DNA from: Rhynchopus sp. YZ270_cl-10
Lineage: Eukaryota
Length of the DNA stretch: 64,000 nt
NCBI GenBank assembly: GCA_964035575.1
Contig: OZ037846.1
Location: 310,001-374,000, forward strand
Direction: 5' to 3'
Positions 1 through 9,422 of the stretch are shown here, in pieces. Made by a program: the position numbers and the translations under genes. The notes below the pieces were generated by a model. The model ran no database searches. It saw only the letters and a list, made by a program, of their open reading frames with translations, and had not been told where the DNA came from. Position 1 is the stretch's first letter. Every line of letters starts with the position of its first letter.

Positions 1-275
1 GCATATACGGCAGGAACATCCGTCTGACGTACGAGAAGAGGGCAAACGGCTATCTCCCCGAAGCTTTCACCGTGCAGCTGCAGGCACGTATGTTGGAGCA
101 GTTGGTAGAGGCGGGGAAGAATAAAAAGAAGGAGAACAACCGAAACAACGACCGAGGCACTACGGGGGGTTACCGAGGGGACACAAACCAAAACGACAGG
201 AAGAGGGACTACGACCGCACCAACGATCGACGCACCGAGAACCAGGGAAAGGGGGGACGCGGGGGGAAGAACTGA
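1..275 (+). CDS. C-terminus of gag-like ORF1 of the YR retrotransposon (partial)
   Basis: Basic, R/G/N/D-rich low-complexity tail ending in TGA at 273-275, directly upstream of and in frame with the YR ORF. Confidence 0.55.
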   Translation, partial: IYGRNIRLTYEKRANGYLPEAFTVQLQARMLEQLVEAGKNKKKENNRNNDRGTTGGYRGDTNQNDRKRDYDRTNDRRTENQGKGGRGGKN

Positions 276-290
276 CTGCCCTACGCGCAG

Positions 291-1241
291 ATGCTCTTTC
301 CTCCCCCCAGCGAAAGAGGCAGAAAACGACAACACGAGACCCCCCTCACAAACAAACAGGAAAATACAATAATTCAATCGACCCAGACAACCCTCGCCCG
401 ATGCTTAGCGGAGTCCTCCTGGAAGAGCCTCCAAAGCACGTGTCGGCGATACTTCGAATTCAAAAACGCTTGGGAGGAGAAACACGCATGCACAATCTCA
501 CACGAAGTGGCGCTCATATATTGGGTGGAAAAGAAAAGGTCTTTAGACGGAGTCACGGAGAGTTCGGCGCTGCAGTATACGATGGACGTGGCGGCGGCGT
601 TACGGCGGACAGGGGACGCACGCCTGGCGGAGTCCCAAATGGTGCAGGATTACCGTCGGAGTCTGCGAAGGATGGGAGCACTGATGCCGGGCAAGCAGGC
701 CAAGCCGGCACGTCCCTCCGAAGTTGCATCGGCGATCGAGCTGGAGAAGAAGCCGTTGATCCGTTTAGCACTGGCTATGTGTTGGGTGACGGCGGGGAGG
801 GCGTCGGACGTGCTGCGACTCAAAAAGCAGGAGATCACCATCAGACCAGACGGAGTGGTGGCAGTGCATTGGAGGGAGACCAAAGGAGATCCTTTCCAGC
901 TGGGACGCTTCACGGGCCACCATCTCACAAAAGCAGCGCAGGAAATTTTAGTGCAACGACTGCAAGCCGTCCGCGATCAGCAAGGTTTGATTTTCCCACC
1001 AGGGATAACATCGCACCAACTCGGAGCCGCACTACAGAGAGTCAACAGGGAGCTGTCGTCGCACTCACTGAGAAGAGGGGCTGCGCAGTTCCTCCTGAAA
1101 CAGAAGGTGTCCCTCGACGAAATATGCCTCCTCACCCGTCACCAAACAACGGAGTCTCTGATTCGGTACGTCGCAGAAGCGGGACTACAGAGGGTGGACG
1201 TGACGGCAACCATGTCGCAGCAGCTGCAGGCAGCCATGTGA
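291..1241 (+). CDS. Tyrosine recombinase (316 aa)
   Basis: R-K-H-R-H-Y catalytic motifs: GRASDVLRL, ETKGD, HSLRRGAA, RHQTTESLIRY. Confidence 0.92.
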   Translation: MLFPPPSERGRKRQHETPLTNKQENTIIQSTQTTLARCLAESSWKSLQSTCRRYFEFKNAWEEKHACTISHEVALIYWVEKKRSLDGVTESSALQYTMDVAAALRRTGDARLAESQMVQDYRRSLRRMGALMPGKQAKPARPSEVASAIELEKKPLIRLALAMCWVTAGRASDVLRLKKQEITIRPDGVVAVHWRETKGDPFQLGRFTGHHLTKAAQEILVQRLQAVRDQQGLIFPPGITSHQLGAALQRVNRELSSHSLRRGAAQFLLKQKVSLDEICLLTRHQTTESLIRYVAEAGLQRVDVTATMSQQLQAAM

Positions 1242-2926
1242 AGTACTTGCTCCAGGGGAAGATACCTGGCGTACCATGGATCCCAGGGGAAAAGACACGC
1301 TACAATCCAGAGGACGAAAAAGACATGGGGCCGGGTTTGGAGGCGCTATACAACGATGTCCTCGCAGTGTCGGTGAATGGAAAGCTGTGCAGACCACCCC
1401 GTGTGCGCGGTATTCCAGAAGACGACTACATCGCGCCCATATGCGCCGGTTTCATGGACATGCGAAAGCTGCAGGAGTTGGACGTGACAGGTGAACTGCA
1501 GGGAGTGATTGATCTGATCACAGATCCAAAAAGCTTTTACACGCAGTTCCTGGAAGGGGCTCTAGAGAACGTCAGATACGACGCACATTTCCGGAAAAAG
1601 ATATCACGAAATCTCATGCACCATCTAAAAGCGCTGAAGGACTATAACGTGTTGGAGGAAGTGGATCAGGAACCCACCGTCGTACTGCATGGATTCACAG
1701 TGGAGAAGAAGTCGGGAGGGAGAAGGTTTGTTCTGGACGGCAGAAAGCTAAACGACTGCATGCGGCACCCACCGGACATGTGGCTCCCGCGAATGCCCCA
1801 GGTGATACATCAGATTCTACAAGCCAACTGGGTGGTGAATACAGACGGGAAGAGCTGGTTTTACCAGTTTCCGGTGCACCCAGATATCAGGGACTTCTTC
1901 GGGGTAAAAGTAGCACCACAGCGAGGAAAGTTCGTGACCACAAGACTAAAAGCTTTGTGCATGGGGTGGAAGTTCGCCCCGTGCATTGCGAACCGAGCGG
2001 CGAGAGTACTGTTGCCACCGTCAGAGGGCGTCACGTGGATTGACAACTTCATTGTCACCGCAGACACGGAGGATGAGGCGACCAAGCAGTTTCAAAAATT
2101 CATCTCCCGATGCAACGCTGTGGACGCGAAGATGACTTTGGACGAGAAAGGCTACGGGGTCCCCACACAACTTTTTGAAACTTTCGGCGTCTCTTTCGAC
2201 CTCAGACATCATATATATCGTTCAGACCCGGAATGGATTAAGAAATTTTTGGCGAATAGTGCACACGCGAAGGTAACCGGAGGGATGGCAACCCCTAGGG
2301 AAATCTACAAGGTGGTCGGGGGCATGGTGTGGCACTCATACATTACAAACTCTTTTCTATGTTTCCTACCCGCGACACTGAGCTTCATGAGAGACATCGC
2401 TCGAGATTTATACAACACGGCTGCATGGGACACGCCTACAGCAGTGCGCCCTTCGGTGGTGAAGGAAGTAAAGGAGAGGACGATACGTATTAAGGAAAAT
2501 CCATGGATTGAACGGGGACCAACATCATCTATCACAGCATGGTCCGATGCTTCCTCGAAGGCGTGGGCGGCGATCCTTGAGTCAGAACCGCAGCAGGTGT
2601 CACAGGCGGATTTCTCTAACGAGCAGGAACACTGGCACATATACAGAAAGGAACTTTACGCGGCAAAGCAGGCCGTAGCACTTGCGGCAAGATCGGTACA
2701 TACTACGCGACTCAGGCTGATGGTCGACAACCTCCCGGCTGTACACAGCCTCCAGAGGGGCCACTCTTCAGACTACCGCTCAAATTTCGTGATCGCCGAA
2801 CTTTTCACCCTAGCGGCCGGCGCCCGCATCCAAGTCGCATGTGAATGGGTACCGACGTTGGAGCAAAGAGCAGACAAGTATACGAGAGGCGTGGTGGCAG
2901 ACTACCCGATCACACTACCGGTTTAG
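401..2926 (+). CDS. Reverse transcriptase-RNase H of DIRS/VIPER type; recognisable domains start after ~1240, true start uncertain
   Basis: RT motifs FTVEKKSGGRRFVLDGRKLN, DGKSWFYQF, LCMGWKFAP, TWIDN; RNase H motifs SDAS, KELYA, VDN, ADKYTRG. Confidence 0.9.
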   Translation: MLSGVLLEEPPKHVSAILRIQKRLGGETRMHNLTRSGAHILGGKEKVFRRSHGEFGAAVYDGRGGGVTADRGRTPGGVPNGAGLPSESAKDGSTDAGQAGQAGTSLRSCIGDRAGEEAVDPFSTGYVLGDGGEGVGRAATQKAGDHHQTRRSGGSALEGDQRRSFPAGTLHGPPSHKSSAGNFSATTASRPRSARFDFPTRDNIAPTRSRTTESQQGAVVALTEKRGCAVPPETEGVPRRNMPPHPSPNNGVSDSVRRRSGTTEGGRDGNHVAAAAGSHVKYLLQGKIPGVPWIPGEKTRYNPEDEKDMGPGLEALYNDVLAVSVNGKLCRPPRVRGIPEDDYIAPICAGFMDMRKLQELDVTGELQGVIDLITDPKSFYTQFLEGALENVRYDAHFRKKISRNLMHHLKALKDYNVLEEVDQEPTVVLHGFTVEKKSGGRRFVLDGRKLNDCMRHPPDMWLPRMPQVIHQILQANWVVNTDGKSWFYQFPVHPDIRDFFGVKVAPQRGKFVTTRLKALCMGWKFAPCIANRAARVLLPPSEGVTWIDNFIVTADTEDEATKQFQKFISRCNAVDAKMTLDEKGYGVPTQLFETFGVSFDLRHHIYRSDPEWIKKFLANSAHAKVTGGMATPREIYKVVGGMVWHSYITNSFLCFLPATLSFMRDIARDLYNTAAWDTPTAVRPSVVKEVKERTIRIKENPWIERGPTSSITAWSDASSKAWAAILESEPQQVSQADFSNEQEHWHIYRKELYAAKQAVALAARSVHTTRLRLMVDNLPAVHSLQRGHSSDYRSNFVIAELFTLAAGARIQVACEWVPTLEQRADKYTRGVVADYPITLPV

Positions 2927-3269
2927 CAGCGGAGCGTAATCCCATCCATCGTTCGCGCGGCGTCCCTTCGATCCGAGGGTCCTTAGGGTCCTGAGTGGAA
3001 GCGTGCAATGCAACAAACGGTCGAGATCTGATCAAGCGAAACGGATATATTTTGCAACTGACGCGCTGGAGAGGCCCTGGCCAAACATGGCGTGTTAGGG
3101 GAAATATATTCGTCGCACAGATTAGATCAGAGACCCCACCCGATATGTTTTTCATTTTACCTCTTTTGTGCTCCGCCACCGACACTCCCATTTTCTGTAC
3201 TTCAGGCAATAATCATATACCATCACACACTGACACAGTCCGCGTGTGTTGGAAACAATCAATTTTTTC

Positions 3270-3329
3270 CAGGGAAATAGCTCCATATACCGAATTATGC
3301 GACATCGCATAATTCTGGATTTTTTTGGG

Positions 3330-3360
<31 letters not shown>

Positions 3361-3822
3361 GGATTTTTGGGCACTTTTGGGGGTCCCTCGCCCGCGGACC
3401 CCCAGATCTCCCAGATGACTGGAATGATGGAACCTTAAAATTTTCGCTCGCTGCGCTTGCAGATGTGCCGTACCCCTTAATTTTTTTTTGCCTGCGGCGC
3501 CATTTTCCTTTTTTGCTCCGCAAAAAAGGGTTTGTTGAGTGACTGTGTGGTTGTAAACCAGCATTTTTACACCGTACCCTATTTTTTTTTCGCCTGCGGC
3601 GCCATTTATTTTTGTCCATACGGTTAGTGGAACGTAAGGTGCAAGACCAAGCTCCGTAATAAGGGATTACATTCCGTTTTTGGTTATCTCGCAAATTGAC
3701 CTTTCGCCTCTCCACTCAGTGAGGCTTGCGCGAAGCGCAACGACCGCTTTCGACCGGGCGAAAAAAAAAATTTCGTTTTCGCATAATTCCTGATTTTGGA
3801 GGAAAACCAAGCTATTTCCCTG
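3270..3822. mobile_element. Non-autonomous hAT-type MITE inserted in the YR terminal repeat
   Basis: 13-bp TIR CAGGGAAATAGCT/AGCTATTTCCCTG; perfect 8-bp TSD ATTTTTTC (3262-3269 and 3823-3830). Confidence 0.9.
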
Positions 3823-3829
3823 ATTTTTT

Positions 3830-3865
<36 letters not shown>

Positions 3866-4189
3866 TGTCGGCAGGTGGAAGCGTGCAATGCAACAAACGG
3901 TCGAGATCTGATCAAGCGAAACGGATATATTTTCAGGACAATTCACCAGCGATTCACAAACATTCACGAGGCAAAAACACAGAATACGGGTGTCTGGGTT
4001 TTTGGTAATTCAGGTGAATGCTTTGTGAAGGCTTTGTGAATTTGGGTGAATTTTTGTGGAATCATGAATTCGACACAGATTGTTACTAAACTGGACCAAA
4101 CATTTCCCAAACACAGTTATCAAGAAAGGACTGTTCTCTGTAAAGGACTGTTCAAGTGCCAGATGTAAATCTGAGCAAACACAACAGTG

Positions 4190-5920
4190 CTACTTCACGG
4201 AACACATCTGAGCGCAACACACAACACTGCACGTCCCAGAAGGAACTGCGTGTGCTGGTGTGCCAACCCCTCCCGCAGCTGTCCATGCCTCAGCAACGTC
4301 AAGGTCAGACTGCTCACCACGCAGGTACCCACGTACGGTGCTGTTGTACTGCCCCCAATGCTTCTTCCCACCTATCATGTACATCCACTCGTCAACTGCT
4401 TCTGCTGCAGCAGTTAGCTGAGACATCACTTCCGCAACAACCTGTGCCTCACAGCCAGAAACAACCTCCACCTTGCACGGAAGCAGACGCAGCTGGTGTT
4501 CGCACTCAGCATCGCTGAAGCACATCCTGTTGCACACCACATCACACCCCAGCATGCGCCCCACACGTTCCAGCCCGTTCACATCACGCACAAGCTCCCC
4601 CACCATGCTGAACCGACGCATCACCTCACAACCCATGTCACCACGCAGCACCTTCCCAGTCGCAACACCAGCATTCACCTTCTCACAAAAGCTGCTCGCA
4701 CCCTTCAGAAGCAGGCTTGCTGCGTGCAGTGCAGATGTGGCATGTGTCGCACACTGCTTCGAGGCGTTGAACGAACAGTGGATCCTGTCCCCGATGAACA
4801 CGTCCACCATCCCACGTCTTGTCTCTGTTGCCTGCAGGGTCTTCAGGAGGAGAGTGGTGAAGAAGGAGGAGTGGGTCGCACTGTCCTTCTCCAGCAAATG
4901 CAGGGTGTCCTTCACGTTCAGTGTCAGCAGGGTTGTCTTTGCCGAGGACAGACCCAGTGGCAGGCACACTGGCATGGTCTCGAGTCTGTAATTAGAGGAT
5001 TCAAAAGATATATCTGCTGTCTCTGTCACATCACCCCCGTAGCTCTCTGAGTCCACCTTCTCCACCTCATCCTGAAACGGAAGACACGTCTTCGGGAGGT
5101 ACGCTTTGTACATGCGCAGGTTCTTCTCCAGTCTCCACAGGGCAGCAGTCATCCCCTCAGGCAGGTCACCCCCATGCACGTCCAGCATCTCCGCCACCTG
5201 CTCCACGTCGTACCCCGCAAGAAGCGACGCAATCTCCTGCACAACCCTGATCGTGCGCCTCATTGACTCCTGCTCCTTCAGCACATTGTGCGCAAACCTG
5301 CGTGTCACGAAGAAGTCGATCAGGAAGACAAACATAGTGAGAAACAGTTCTAGTGGGGGAAATGGTGTCTTGCACGGTAAGAACTCGCAGTCTGTCTTTT
5401 CTACAATCAACGCTCTCCTGCTGTGTTCACCTTCGTACGGCAACAACCCAGGAAGGTCAAACAAACCAAACCTGAAGGATTCCTCACATGCCATCAGGAG
5501 AAGCCACACCACTGTCGCACCCACGAACCATGCACTGTATCGTGATGCGACTTGCATCACAAGCAACATGTCCACAACCAGGATCAGAAGTGGCCAGGCA
5601 AAGTAAGCATAAGTGCGTCCGTGCAAATCCCACAAGCAGATTCCAATGCCAGAGGAGTACATATAGCCCACCACAAACGCAGTGCGCAGTTGCTGCTTGC
5701 AGAGCACCTTCACAATGACAACAAACCCAGCTGTGGCGATTGTGCAAGCCCCGAGTTTGAAAACAATCTTAGTCTGCCCGTCCTTCATCTGTTGCATCAA
5801 CAAAACAACCACAGCCGAGACTGCTGAGGCCACACAGAACACAAACATGATGGTGCGCTTCTTCACCTCGTCAGCACTGAGAGACCCGTCAATGGTCAGT
5901 GCGCTGTTCAGGCACCGCAT
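4190..5920 (-). CDS. Multi-TM class III nucleotide cyclase-like protein, copy 1
   Basis: About 6 hydrophobic segments, a coiled linker, then cyclase-like motifs VDVFIGD, GVATGKVLRGDMG, FSMVGELV; first ATG gives MRCLNS. Confidence 0.8.
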   Translation of the reverse strand: MRCLNSALTIDGSLSADEVKKRTIMFVFCVASAVSAVVVLLMQQMKDGQTKIVFKLGACTIATAGFVVIVKVLCKQQLRTAFVVGYMYSSGIGICLWDLHGRTYAYFAWPLLILVVDMLLVMQVASRYSAWFVGATVVWLLLMACEESFRFGLFDLPGLLPYEGEHSRRALIVEKTDCEFLPCKTPFPPLELFLTMFVFLIDFFVTRRFAHNVLKEQESMRRTIRVVQEIASLLAGYDVEQVAEMLDVHGGDLPEGMTAALWRLEKNLRMYKAYLPKTCLPFQDEVEKVDSESYGGDVTETADISFESSNYRLETMPVCLPLGLSSAKTTLLTLNVKDTLHLLEKDSATHSSFFTTLLLKTLQATETRRGMVDVFIGDRIHCSFNASKQCATHATSALHAASLLLKGASSFCEKVNAGVATGKVLRGDMGCEVMRRFSMVGELVRDVNGLERVGRMLGCDVVCNRMCFSDAECEHQLRLLPCKVEVVSGCEAQVVAEVMSQLTAAAEAVDEWMYMIGGKKHWGQYNSTVRGYLRGEQSDLDVAEAWTAAGGVGTPAHAVPSGTCSVVCCAQMCSVK

Positions 5921-6421
5921 CGTTGGGCTTTTGATCCTCACAAACCTTTGCTATGTGTGGAGCAGGGGTGTGTGGATGTGTGTTGTGTGCACTGGTGGGT
6001 GGTGTGGTTTAGTGTTGGGAGATGCACGTAACCAGTACCCAAGAGCAGAGAGCAGAAATGGCCAGGGAGGGCTTCGTGAGTCTGGAGAAAGGAAAGCAGC
6101 GGAACGTGCAGTGTCGCCATCGTGTCCACACATTTTGTGTCACCGGTATCGGGAGGCTGCAGTCACATACCTTCTACACCGCGGCGGCAGGGGTGAGATG
6201 TTAGAATGTCTGACGGAAGACAAGGAGAGGCACACTCGTTAGGTAAGAACACCACATTCACATCTCGTTCATCACTCGATAAATGACGGTGGGCTTTACA
6301 TTTCGTGGAATCATGAATTCGACACAGATTGGTACTAAACTGGACCAAACATTTCCCAAACACAGTTATCAAAAAAGGTCTGTTCAAGTGCCAGATGTAA
6401 ATCTGAGCAAACACAACAGTG

Positions 6422-8152
6422 CTACTTCACGGAACACATCTGAGAGCAACACACAACACTGCACGTCCGAGAAGGAACTGCGTGTGCTGGTGTGCCAACC
6501 CCTCCCGCAGCTGTCCATGCCTTAGCAACGTCAAGGTCAGACTGCTCACCACGCAGGTACCCACGCACGGCAATGTTGTACTCCTCCCAATGCTTCTTCC
6601 CACCTATCATGTACATCCATTCGTCAACTGCTCCTGCTGAAGCACTTAGCTTAGCCATCACTTCCGCCACAACCTGTGCCTCACAACCAGAGGCAACCTC
6701 CACTTTGCACGGAAGCAGACGCAGCTGGTGTTCGCACTCAGCATCGCTTAAGCACATCCTGTTGCACACCACATCACACCCCAGCATGCGCCCCGCACGT
6801 TCCATCCCGTTCACATCACGCACAAGCTCCCCCACCATGCTGAACCGACGCATCACCTCACAACCCATGTCACCACGCAGCACCTTCCCAGTCACAACAC
6901 CAGCATTCACCTTCTCACAAAAGCTGCTCGCACCCTTCAGAAGCAGGCTTGCTGCATGCAGTGCAGATGTGGCATGTGTCGCACACTGCTTCGAGGCGTT
7001 GAACGAACAGTGGATCTTGTCCCCGATGAACACATCCACCATCCCACGTCTTGTCTCTGTTGCCTGCAGGGTCTTCAGGAGAAGAGTGGTGAAGAAGGAG
7101 GAGTAGGTCGCACTGTCCTTCTCCAGCAAATGCAGGGTGTCCTTCACGTTCAGTGTCAGCAGGGTTGTCTTCACTGAGGACAGACCCAGTGGCAGGCACA
7201 CTGGCATGTTCGATGCTCTTGAATGATAGGACTCTGTGGATGTGTCTGCTGTCTCTGTCACGTCACCCCCTTCGCTGTCTGAGTACATTCTGTCCACCTC
7301 ATCCTGAAAAGGCAGACACGTCTTCGGGAGGTACGCTTTGTACATGCGCAGGTTCTTCTCCAGTCTCCACAGGGCAGCAGTCATCCCCTCAGGCAGGTCA
7401 CCCCCATGCACGTCCAGCATCTCCGCCACCTGCTCCACGTCGTACCCCGCAAGAAGCGACGCAATCTCCTGCACAACGCTGATCGTGCGCCTCATTGACT
7501 CCTGCTCCTTCAGCACATCGTGCGCAAACCTGCGTGTCACGAAGAAGTCTACCAGGAAGACAGCAATAGAGGGAAGGGAGCCAAGTGGGGGAAATGGTAT
7601 CTTGCAGGGAAGGAACTCGCAGTCCACCCTTTCTATGACCACCGCTCTTCTGCTGTGTGCACCTTCGTACGGCAATGACCCAGGAAGGTCAAACAAGCCA
7701 AACCTGAAGGATTCCTCACAAGACATGAGACACAGCCACACCACTGTCGCACCCACGAACCATGCACTGTATCGTGATGGCACTTGCATCACAAGCAACA
7801 TGTCCACAACCAGGATCAGAAGTGGCCAGGAAAAGTAACCGTAAGTGCGTCCGTGCAAATCCCACAGGAAGACTCCAATGCCAGCGATGTACAGGAAGCC
7901 CACCACAAACGTGGTGTGCAGTTGCTGCTTGCAGAGCACCTTCACAACTGCAACAGATGCAGCTGTGATGATTATGCAAGACCCGATTTTGAAAAAAATA
8001 ACCGGCTGCCCATCGCTCTTCTGCTGCAACAACAAAACAAGCAGAGTCGCGACAACTGAAACCACACAGAACGCAAACATGATGGTGCGCTTCTTCACCT
8101 CGTCAGCACTGAGAGACCCGTCAATGGTCAGTGCGCTGTTCAGGCACCGCAT
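6422..8152 (-). CDS. Multi-TM cyclase-like protein, copy 2
   Basis: Intact paralog of copy 1. Confidence 0.8.
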   Translation of the reverse strand: MRCLNSALTIDGSLSADEVKKRTIMFAFCVVSVVATLLVLLLQQKSDGQPVIFFKIGSCIIITAASVAVVKVLCKQQLHTTFVVGFLYIAGIGVFLWDLHGRTYGYFSWPLLILVVDMLLVMQVPSRYSAWFVGATVVWLCLMSCEESFRFGLFDLPGSLPYEGAHSRRAVVIERVDCEFLPCKIPFPPLGSLPSIAVFLVDFFVTRRFAHDVLKEQESMRRTISVVQEIASLLAGYDVEQVAEMLDVHGGDLPEGMTAALWRLEKNLRMYKAYLPKTCLPFQDEVDRMYSDSEGGDVTETADTSTESYHSRASNMPVCLPLGLSSVKTTLLTLNVKDTLHLLEKDSATYSSFFTTLLLKTLQATETRRGMVDVFIGDKIHCSFNASKQCATHATSALHAASLLLKGASSFCEKVNAGVVTGKVLRGDMGCEVMRRFSMVGELVRDVNGMERAGRMLGCDVVCNRMCLSDAECEHQLRLLPCKVEVASGCEAQVVAEVMAKLSASAGAVDEWMYMIGGKKHWEEYNIAVRGYLRGEQSDLDVAKAWTAAGGVGTPAHAVPSRTCSVVCCSQMCSVK

Positions 8153-9422
8153 CGTTGGGATTTTGATCCTCACAAACCTTTGCTATGTGTGGAGCAGGGG
8201 TGTGTGGATGTGTCTTGTGTGCACTGGTGGGTGGTGTGGGTTCTGTGTTGGGAGATGGACGTGACCACCACAATCGGGGTACTTTGCACAGAACTTAATC
8301 TCACAGGTAACCAACTATACGTGTCTCAGTCTCATATGACAACACCCTATCCCGAAGAAAGACACGCAGCCGTCACCTCACGTATCTCGAATTCGTGGAC
8401 TTTTGCGACTTCGTCCCCAGCATCTGCTCTCCATGCAAACAACACAGATCAGTGGCACCTGGTTTTGGCTGCTTACAAAAGCTCCCGCTTCAGGTTATTG
8501 TTCCGTTTAGCAAGCGACAAAAGACCTTATAGTGCGTTGGTAATTCTTGGCGGGCTCTTTTGTGCCGTGTTTGAAGCATTGTATACGCGTTTGGAATGGG
8601 TCTTCCGAAAATGGTAAACGGGCAAACATTTGCCATTGGGTGCCCAATGAAGGGATCACCTGACTGGTGTCTCCAACGAGGGCTACCTGGAAAACCAGCG
8701 GGAGGAGATGTTTGTGTACCAAAACTCATCCCAAAATCGCCCAGGCGTGGTAGGTCATAAATTGGCCCAAAGAATCCAACGAAAACCTCAGAAATACATG
8801 CTGGCGAAAAAATTCGCAAGTCAAAATTTCAGCCACAATACGGTCATTTTATGCATACCCTGTGACTGTAGTAGAGAGAGAGAACATGCACATGCAGATT
8901 TTCTTGCAATTTTCAGTGTGTTTATCAATGCAGAGGACCTCTGGTTTACAAAATCGTAGGCACTCCTGAGCAAAAATGAAGGCGGTTTTTGACACAAAAT
9001 CGGGGTGGGTGGGTGGGTCATAAATTGCTCAAATATGGCCTAAAATTGGATTTTTCTGAAAATTTCATTGCGCTCAGCAAAAATCCTCGTTTTTTTGAAG
9101 AATTTTCCAAAAAATATGCTATACCCCCTACTACTGGACCCAACTGCCCTCACCCTATTTTTTTTTCCATTTTCTTCACCCAAATAGCCGGTCAAATTTT
9201 ACACACGAATACACAATCTCACGGACCCTCCATAGGTGTCTGGGTTTTTGTGCATTTAGATGAATATTTTGTGAAGGTTTCGGATTTTACATTTCGTGTA
9301 ATCATGAATTCGACACAGATTGGGACTAAACTGGACCAAACATTTCCCAAACACAGTTATCAAGAAAGGACTGTTGAACATGAAGCAAGTGCCAGATGTA
9401 AATCTGAGCAAACACAACAGTG

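Larger units (their letters stand above)
1..3933 (+). mobile_element. Tyrosine-recombinase (VIPER/TATE/Ngaro-like) retrotransposon, 3' part; 5' end lies outside the window
   Basis: ORF order is gag-like tail, tyrosine recombinase, RT-RNase H, followed by a B-A-B arrangement of terminal repeats (B 2995-3053 is identical to 3875-3933). Confidence 0.88.

Noticed and set aside
4156..8264. Recurrent plus-strand ORFs over the cyclase-like genes
   Set aside because: Antisense shadows repeated only because the genes are duplicated
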